DNA of 12,100 bases from Candidatus Heimdallarchaeota archaeon (GTDB lineage Archaea; Asgardarchaeota; Heimdallarchaeia; JABLTI01), in NCBI GenBank assembly GCA_030614005.1, contig JAUWKS010000086.1, forward strand, positions 1 to 12,100, written 5' to 3'. Positions 1-6,121 of this stretch are shown here, piece after piece. Below the pieces are notes generated by a model. It saw only the letters and a list, made by a program, of their open reading frames with translations, searched no databases and was not told the origin of the DNA. The position numbers and the translations under genes are program-made. Numbering within the stretch: the first letter of the stretch is position 1; each line of letters opens with the position of its first letter.

Positions 1-2
1 CT

Positions 3-584
3 TTGTATTTTCTTGCTCAAGCGGTAGCTACAAAGACCATTGGCTTAGCTGATGTTGAGGAGATCATTTCCCCTTCTGGGGCTATATTGTATGCAGTGAA
101 AAAGGAGGCTTTACCAAAACTTGAGTTATTGGTTGAACAGTTCTTCTCTGAGAAGGTGTACTATGCTTCCCAAACAGTTACACTCGAAGAAGCGTACAAA
201 CTATATCTTCAAAGGTTTTTCCAGTTATTAGATAAAATAGCTATTGCTCTAGGTCAAATTACTATTAGACTTGAAGAAAACCAACGGTCTGCTTTGACTT
301 GGCTTGAGCAATGGGATGAACTTTTTGATAAAGACCAAGCTGTAGTAGTAAGGATTCTTCGAGAAAAACTGTCTCCTATTTTAACTGATGTAGACTTTAT
401 TCCATTTAGTTATTTGCCTGTTTTTCTCCGAGGTCGATTTCGTAAGCTTCTTTCTCATTTACCTTCTCTTGAGGATTTTGAGATTTATTTCGGATGGGAG
501 GAACAAGTTTTGTCTAAAAATAATATTCAGAATTTTCTTTATCTAAAGAAGGAGTTAGATGGGAGGAATAGTGATGAATGCTGA
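3..584 (+). CDS. Hypothetical protein, probably 5'-truncated by the window edge; first visible gene of the helicase operon
   Basis: Frame is open from the window edge (TTG at 3 is probably internal) to TGA 582-584. Mostly helical-looking sequence with no motif I recognise. The stop overlaps the helicase start. Confidence 0.75.
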   Translation: MYFLAQAVATKTIGLADVEEIISPSGAILYAVKKEALPKLELLVEQFFSEKVYYASQTVTLEEAYKLYLQRFFQLLDKIAIALGQITIRLEENQRSALTWLEQWDELFDKDQAVVVRILREKLSPILTDVDFIPFSYLPVFLRGRFRKLLSHLPSLEDFEIYFGWEEQVLSKNNIQNFLYLKKELDGRNSDEC

Positions 585-3015
585 GAATAAGATTCCTCAA
601 TTAAAAGAGAGTACTCTTCCACCAATGAAATTTGTCTGTGAATTGCCAAAATCAACAAATCCTGTAGCTGATTTCTCTTGGTCAGACCCATCGGTTGAAC
701 TAGTTCACTTGGGACCTCTAATAGATAAGTATCTTCAGAGCAATCCGTTTATGTTTCAGGCAGAAGCCATCCCAAAGATCCTCCAAGGAAAGGATTTACT
801 TATTACCGCTGGAACTGGTAGTGGGAAAACAGAGATTTTTCTCTTTGCTATTTTGGAACTCCTCCTTCAGGGGAAGATCACTAGTGCTATTATTTTTTAC
901 CCCAGTAAACAATTGATACAAAATCAAGAAGCACGATTAGCAACCTATCTAACTTGGATTCAAACTGAATTAGGGAAGAGGATTACCTATAGCTCCTATA
1001 CAGGTGATTTTTCTCAAAAAGCTGTTGTAGGTATTGAGCGAGCTTGTCCTGAGATTCTCCTAGCGACATTCGATAAAGTGTTTCATCGAATTGTTCGAAA
1101 CCAGAAAAGCTCAAATAATGACTCACAACAATCAACAACTACAGCTAACAAGCAGCGATTCTTTGAACATCTTACCTCTGCTGGAGTCGTTGTCTTTGAT
1201 GAAATTCATGTATATTCTGGGTTACTGCTTTCAAACGTTTATAATTATGTGCAAGTGCATAAAGCAATGAATCCCACGTGTCGCATGCTTCTCTCCTCGG
1301 CAACCATCGCAGAAGCAGCTAGCTTTCGAGACGACTTTCTCCCCTCTGCAGAGATTATTTCTGGTGTGCCACATAGAGGAACAATACAGGTTCTAACATT
1401 GGATAAAAGTTACTTTGACCAATTTAATTGTTACATACAAGAAGAATTATTGCGTAATAAAAAAACCACCGGAAAAGATCGTCAAGTGCTTGTCTTTAAT
1501 GATAGCATTAGCGAAAACGAAGCACTAACTTATACAATCAAACAAAAACTTGCTGAAGCGACTGGTATAAAACTCCAAGAAATAACTGATTCGAATCAAA
1601 ACAAAATTGCTTGTATCCATTCGCAATTACCCCCCGAGCGAAAGCAAGTCATTGTTCGTAAAGCTGAGGAAAACCAATTCAAATATCTGATTTCAACAGA
1701 GCTATTAGCTCAAGGATTAAATTTACCTGGATTTTATATTGGCATACAAATTGGTTGGCCAATAACAGGTTTGACAGGTGCTTTGCAGAGAATTGGTAGA
1801 TTACGTTTTGACAATGACCTTTCAGAGATACGATACTTTATCTTCGTCTTCAATGCTGAAAATGAGCAAGATGGGTATTTTTTAGCTTATCCACAAAAAC
1901 TTGCCCAAAAGTTACTTGAAGCGAAGCTTCCTCCCTTGATCTTTTCTCGAGATAATTTTCGGATAACTCAAGGGTTCCTCTTGTTGGCAATTGCTTACGG
2001 AATTACTCACCTTGATGAATTGACCTCTCTATACTGTAATACCATTCCTGATCAAATAACTCAAGAGAAAATGAATAGAACAATGAGACAAGCGATTACT
2101 TTGCTTGTTGCAAATGGAATTTTAACAATTACTGATAATTATCTCAATATTGGTTTGTATGCAGAATTAACACTTTTTTTAAGGAATTATAGTTTACGTG
2201 CAATTCCTCCAAAATGGTCTGTAAAGAAACAACAAGAAAAAGATTCTCTATTCACCATTGATGCTCGAAAAGTGCTGAGAGAAGCTTTGCCTGGCAATCT
2301 CCTAATAAATGACGGACGTTTTTGGTCTGTAAAAACAATAGATCAAAGACGAAAGGCAATTGTTGTAGAGGAAATGCTTATCCACCAGAATTCATTAGAT
2401 GTTTCTAAAATTGGAAAGAACAAATGTTTCTCCCCGGAATTTTCCTTCGGTAGATTTACTCAAGAGTTGTTATTACAAAAAATGACGATACAATACGGTG
2501 ATATACAGATTGTACAAAAACCTTCAGTTATTAATTCCTATAATCCCATGACAGGTTTTCTTCCAATTGATTTGAAAAATAATCATCTGAAAGTTTCTTC
2601 AGAAACCGTTTTTACAGATAAATCTACAGGATTAGTTATTTCATTTCCAGAAAATATCTTGCAAGATGTTTTGAAGCATTTTTATTTTGAGCGGTTTCAT
2701 TTTCTAAGATTAATTGCCAAAGTGTTGCTGTTAGAAGCCACTAGAGAATTGAACATCTCAAGTAAGGAATTAGTAAATTCTCTCTCCTGGAAAAAAGGAA
2801 AGGAAGCAATTGCCATATATGATCTTGCTGGACCTAGTGGGAACAGTCAAAAAATATTTCTTCATTTAGAACAGTTGTTGCGGGGCATACATAACAAATT
2901 GATTAGCTGCAGCTGCTCTGTTGGGTGTGGAGCTTGCTTTGGTGATTTAGCGAAAATCTTCAAGTATAATCCAAAAACATTCTTACTTAAATGGTTAGAG
3001 AAGGTGCTAAATTGA
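559..3015 (+). CDS. SF2 DEAH-box helicase with C-terminal DUF1998 Zn-binding domain (MrfA/Hrq1/SftH-like); likely start ATG 574
   Basis: Q motif PFMFQAEAI; Walker A GTGSGKT (811-831); Ia YPSKQL; Ib LATFDK; II DEIH (1198-1209); III SAT; V STELLAQGLN; VI QRIGR (from 1786); MrfA-like YSLR...TID...REALPG segment; IAIYD...SG; CSCSVGCGAC (2908-2937). GGAGG at 562-566 lies 7 nt before ATG 574. Confidence 0.9.
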   Translation: MGGIVMNAENKIPQLKESTLPPMKFVCELPKSTNPVADFSWSDPSVELVHLGPLIDKYLQSNPFMFQAEAIPKILQGKDLLITAGTGSGKTEIFLFAILELLLQGKITSAIIFYPSKQLIQNQEARLATYLTWIQTELGKRITYSSYTGDFSQKAVVGIERACPEILLATFDKVFHRIVRNQKSSNNDSQQSTTTANKQRFFEHLTSAGVVVFDEIHVYSGLLLSNVYNYVQVHKAMNPTCRMLLSSATIAEAASFRDDFLPSAEIISGVPHRGTIQVLTLDKSYFDQFNCYIQEELLRNKKTTGKDRQVLVFNDSISENEALTYTIKQKLAEATGIKLQEITDSNQNKIACIHSQLPPERKQVIVRKAEENQFKYLISTELLAQGLNLPGFYIGIQIGWPITGLTGALQRIGRLRFDNDLSEIRYFIFVFNAENEQDGYFLAYPQKLAQKLLEAKLPPLIFSRDNFRITQGFLLLAIAYGITHLDELTSLYCNTIPDQITQEKMNRTMRQAITLLVANGILTITDNYLNIGLYAELTLFLRNYSLRAIPPKWSVKKQQEKDSLFTIDARKVLREALPGNLLINDGRFWSVKTIDQRRKAIVVEEMLIHQNSLDVSKIGKNKCFSPEFSFGRFTQELLLQKMTIQYGDIQIVQKPSVINSYNPMTGFLPIDLKNNHLKVSSETVFTDKSTGLVISFPENILQDVLKHFYFERFHFLRLIAKVLLLEATRELNISSKELVNSLSWKKGKEAIAIYDLAGPSGNSQKIFLHLEQLLRGIHNKLISCSCSVGCGACFGDLAKIFKYNPKTFLLKWLEKVLN

Positions 3016-3632
3016 AGGTTGCAGTTACGAGTGATGTTCACATGGGACGAAAGGGTGCTTTAGTTGAAGAGTTTTGTAATTCAATGAAATCAATTGGACC
3101 TCAAGTGGATATTATTGTTCTTGCAGGTGATATTGTAGATAATGATACAAAAGAAACAAGAGAGATGTTCAGAGATTTTTTAGCTATAGCAAAAGATGAA
3201 GGATTTTTTGAAAAATTGTTCTTTGTATATGGGGGTATGAAACATGAAGTAAAGCTCCTTCACTCTTTCCCGGGTTTACTGTTAAATGACTACTGTCTTC
3301 TTTCAACGAAAATAGGTCGAATTGTAATTATTCATGGAAACAATATTGGTCTATACTACAAACCGGAAGCAGGGGAACATGCCAAAGTAGGTGCAGAACG
3401 TGCGAAACAGAATTTGATCAATCATCCTGTTTCTTGGCTCCCAAGAATACAATCAGAAGATTATCTTATCTTTGGTCATTTGCATAAACGATTTTATCAT
3501 GAACCAATGAAAATCTATTGTACAGGTTGTTGGGTTCCGACAAAAGATATAGCAAATGATACCGGCTATATTATTCTTATTGATGATCAAGCAAAAAATC
3601 CCTTCACAGCGAAGAGATTTAATACATTCTAG
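2991..3632 (+). CDS. Calcineurin-like metallophosphoesterase (YbbF/LpxH-like pattern); likely start TTG 3012
   Basis: SDVHMG (DxH), LAGDIVD (GDxxD), divergent motif III GGMKHE, IIHGN, IFGHLH (GHxH), YCTGCW (resembles YxNxGxW). TTG 3012-3014 overlaps the helicase TGA 3013-3015, with AAGGTG at 3001-3006. Confidence 0.85.
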   Translation: MVREGAKLKVAVTSDVHMGRKGALVEEFCNSMKSIGPQVDIIVLAGDIVDNDTKETREMFRDFLAIAKDEGFFEKLFFVYGGMKHEVKLLHSFPGLLLNDYCLLSTKIGRIVIIHGNNIGLYYKPEAGEHAKVGAERAKQNLINHPVSWLPRIQSEDYLIFGHLHKRFYHEPMKIYCTGCWVPTKDIANDTGYIILIDDQAKNPFTAKRFNTF

Positions 3633-3651
3633 ACATATTTTTCACTACAGA

Positions 3652-3674
3652 ATTTGTTATAAATAGTCACAAAT
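3652..3674 (+). promoter_or_regulatory. Putative archaeal TATA box flanked by a short inverted repeat, upstream of the SBBP gene
   Basis: TTATAAATA at 3657-3665, about 50 nt before TTG 3716; ATTTGT (3652-3657) and ACAAAT (3669-3674) form an inverted pair. Confidence 0.35.
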
Positions 3675-3715
3675 CTTTTAAGAAATATGGATAATCTCTT
3701 CATTGGGTAATACTT

Positions 3716-5281
3716 TTGGAAAAAAAAGTGCGATTGGTAGTAAAGGGTCTTAACATTGCCCTTCTCATAAGTGTGGTATTTTTTTCAATACCTAAACAGA
3801 TCCTTCCCTCTACTGACTATAGTACCCACGCCCCTAGTGCGACAGCTGTTACAGCAACCAATCTCACGTTAGAATTTAGTACTTTCCTTGGTGGGAGTGC
3901 TAAGGATCTTGGGCTTGGTATTGCTGTTTCTGAGAAAGGGCATAGTTATGTCTCGGGGTTGACTAAATCTAATGATTTTCCCACCAAGAATGCTTTTGCC
4001 AGTACTCTTAGAGGTGACACGGACGCTTTCGTTACCAAGTTTGATGCTACTGGTTCCCTTCTTTGGAGCACCTATCTAGGTGGAAGTGATCGGGATCGTA
4101 GCTTTGCTATTGATGTTGCTGCTGATGGGAGCTGTTATGTAATGGGGTTAACTAATTCAAATGATTTTCCAATTAAGAATGCTTATGATGGCAAATTCAA
4201 TGGTGTAGAAGATGTTTTTCTAGCCAAGTTCTCCTCAGATGGTTCACTCCTCTGGAGTACCTATTTTGGAGGAAGTGATTATGAATGGGATACTAGTCTT
4301 GCTGTTGCTGATGATGGAAGTTGCTATGTCGTTGGAAGTACTAGCTCAAGCAATTTCCCAACTAAAAATGCTTATGATAGTACGTATAATGGGGTTATGG
4401 ATGCTTTTGTTTCCAAGTTCTCCTCAAATGGTTTGCTTCTCTGGAGCACCTATCTTGGTGGGTGTTGGGGTGATATTGCTGTGGATGTTGCTGTTACCGA
4501 GGATGGCAGTTGTTATGTTACAGGTGGAACAAATTCAGAAGATTTTCCCACCCAGCATGCTTTTGACAGCACTTATGGTGGTGGCTTGGACGGCTATATT
4601 ACCAAGTTTGATTCTCAAGGGCGACTCCTTTGGAGTACTTTTCTCGGTGGGATGTCGTGGGACGATGCTATTGGTATTGCTACTGCAAGTGATGGCAGCT
4701 GTTATGTGACAGGCTATACTGGTTCAATTGACTTTCCTACATTAAATGCTTATAATAATACCTACGATAACTGGGGTGATGCTTTTGTTGCCAAGTTTGA
4801 TGCTACCGGTTCCCTTCTTTGGAGTACTTTTCTCGGTGGGGATGGGGTCGACCGTGGATATGCTATTGCTGCGACTAGTGATGGCAACTGCTATGTGACA
4901 GGTGAGACTTTTTCCACCAATTTTCCCTTGAAGAACGCTTATGATAATTCCACAAATGGTGGATACGATGCCTTTGTCACTATTTTTTCCTCTGAAGGCC
5001 TCCTCCTGTGGAGCACCTATCTTGGCGGGAGTCGTTCAGAAAAAGGATATAGTATTGCTGTTACTAAGGATGGTAGTTGTTTTGTAACTGGGGGAACATT
5101 TTCAGATGATTTTCCTACGCAAAATGCCTATGACAATGCGTATGAGATGAGTGAAGGTTTTGTTACGGCATTTATTGTACCCCCTCAACCCTCTACTTTA
5201 TCTGAATACTTCTATGGGCTCCCGGCATTCTTAGCGATTTCATTTCTCATCGTACTCATTTTATATAAGAAACGAAATTAA
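3716..5281 (+). CDS. Membrane-anchored cell-surface SBBP-repeat (seven-bladed beta-propeller) protein
   Basis: N-terminal basic plus hydrophobic signal (KKVRLVVKGLNIALLISVVFFSI); seven 63-aa repeats of the form LLWST(Y/F)LGG...D...IAV..DGSCYV.G.T.S.DFP..NAYD....G..DAFV.KF; C-terminal TM helix and KKRN tail. Confidence 0.9.
   Translation: MEKKVRLVVKGLNIALLISVVFFSIPKQILPSTDYSTHAPSATAVTATNLTLEFSTFLGGSAKDLGLGIAVSEKGHSYVSGLTKSNDFPTKNAFASTLRGDTDAFVTKFDATGSLLWSTYLGGSDRDRSFAIDVAADGSCYVMGLTNSNDFPIKNAYDGKFNGVEDVFLAKFSSDGSLLWSTYFGGSDYEWDTSLAVADDGSCYVVGSTSSSNFPTKNAYDSTYNGVMDAFVSKFSSNGLLLWSTYLGGCWGDIAVDVAVTEDGSCYVTGGTNSEDFPTQHAFDSTYGGGLDGYITKFDSQGRLLWSTFLGGMSWDDAIGIATASDGSCYVTGYTGSIDFPTLNAYNNTYDNWGDAFVAKFDATGSLLWSTFLGGDGVDRGYAIAATSDGNCYVTGETFSTNFPLKNAYDNSTNGGYDAFVTIFSSEGLLLWSTYLGGSRSEKGYSIAVTKDGSCFVTGGTFSDDFPTQNAYDNAYEMSEGFVTAFIVPPQPSTLSEYFYGLPAFLAISFLIVLILYKKRN
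3869..5179 (+). repeat. Seven tandem 189-bp (63-codon) intragenic repeats
   Basis: Unit starts at 3869, 4058 and so on to 5003 (spacing 189). An identical 24-mer CTTTGGAGTACTTTTCTCGGTGGG occurs at 4628 and 4817. CCAAGTTTGATGCTAC occurs at 4035 and 4791 (4 x 189 apart). Confidence 0.9.
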
Positions 5282-5286
5282 TTTCC

Positions 5287-5302
5287 TTTTTTTTAAAAAA
5301 AA
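5287..5302. terminator. T8A8 tract, putative oligo-T terminator (possibly bidirectional)
   Basis: TTTTTTTTAAAAAAAA begins 6 nt after the SBBP stop; archaeal intrinsic terminators are oligo-T tracts. Confidence 0.5.
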
Positions 5303-5443
5303 CAAACAATTGTGTTTCCAGAATCAGCAATCATCATATCAAGGCTAACAATGTGTACAAATCGCTTTTTTTTAGCTTAAAAGTAACAAATCACCAATAG
5401 AATTGGAAAGTTCAATTTTTTTCCATCTTACATAGTTTTTCGA

Positions 5444-5629
5444 AATCTCCATCAAATGGGTTTGGGCTTCTCACGTGATGATGTTGGTAAATTCATTGGT
5501 TTATACCTTGAGCTTGGTATTCTTGACGAAGATCCTTTCGTTTCTATCGAATAGGCTGGTATTGGTCAACTTATGGAAATGACTGTTCTAGGTGGTAAAG
5601 CAGGAAATCCTGACATTGAGATAGGCATC
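5444..5629 (+). pseudogene. ppdK: Fragment of pyruvate phosphate dikinase C-terminal (PEP-binding) domain with an in-frame stop
   Basis: In frame with the 5573 ORF it reads NLHQMGLGFSRDDVGKFIGLYLELGILDEDPFVSIE*AGIGQLMEMTVLGGKAGNPDIEIGI. This matches the PPDK consensus DLTQM.FGFSRDD.GKF...YL..GIL..DPF..IDQ.GVG.L......G....P.L..GI(CGEH). TAG at 5552-5554 sits at the conserved Q. Confidence 0.85.
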
Positions 5630-5882
5630 AAAGCCGTTCATTCTGCTGTTCATCATCCCCAAACCCTTGGCAAAGTTGAACGATTCAATCGTACTTTCCA
5701 AGAGAATGCCTGGTTCTTTCCTTCCGCACAAGCTTTCATTCGGTACTACAATTTCGAGCATAAGCACGCGTCTCTCGGGAGAAAATCTCCTGCTGAGTGC
5801 TACTTTCCGAAAAATGATTTAAAACGATCACAAACGATAAGTTCGCTAGGAGATGTTGTCACACAATTAGGTTAACTTTACA
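5624..5882 (+). mobile_element. Truncated IS481-like element: 3' end of a DDE (rve) transposase plus probable right terminus
   Basis: GIKAVHSAVHHPQTLGKVERFNRTF...FIRYYNFEHKHASLGRKSPAE is the PQTxGKxER / YN..xxH.SL..xP signature. The stop (5873-5875) lies within the terminal TGTCACACAATTAGGTTAACTTTACA (5857-5882), which ends in ACA as IS481 ends do. The N-terminal HTH, both catalytic Asp residues and the left end are absent. Confidence 0.75.
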
Positions 5883-6121
5883 GTGTACACTCGAAAGAAT
5901 AGGAGAAATATTTCTTAAATTAGAATACTATTTGTTATTTAATAGATAGTGTTATAAAATTAGATGTTGGCTAAAGGAATTTCTAGTGTAATTTTAATCA
6001 TGGTTTGTATTTTACCAAATGAGAATCTAGTAAATAGTTTTAAGTTTTTAAAGAAAATAATATAACGAAAAGAAATAGTAGTTAGAATTAACTAATATTT
6101 TACTAAAGAAACAAGGATGAA

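Noticed and set aside
2991-3632. Assigning lpxH or mre11/sbcD as gene symbol
   Set aside because: Only superfamily-level motifs are present; motif III is divergent and the protein is too short for Mre11/SbcD.
4239-4709. 156-aa same-strand ORF inside the SBBP gene
   Set aside because: Alternate-frame shadow caused by the repetitive codon usage; it echoes the 63-codon period and has no independent motif.
3869-5179. Periodic repeats considered as a CRISPR array
   Set aside because: The 189-bp period is in frame within a protein-coding gene and the units are degenerate, with no repeat-spacer structure.
5573-5875. 100-aa ORF treated as a single functional gene
   Set aside because: It is a ppdK/transposase chimera lacking the two transposase catalytic Asp residues, the HTH and the PPDK catalytic Cys.
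5353-5889. GTGTACA at 5353-5359 and 5883-5889 as a target duplication or as ends of a non-autonomous element carrying the ppdK piece
   Set aside because: Only 7 bp match, and the left copy is not followed by the predicted TGTAAAG left end; compatible with chance. The AATTGTGT match at 5308 to the predicted left end also lacks flanking similarity.
5890-6121. Promoter of the ABC operon
   Set aside because: The region is very AT-rich with several TATA-like strings (for example TTTTTAAAG at 6045-6053); none can be singled out.
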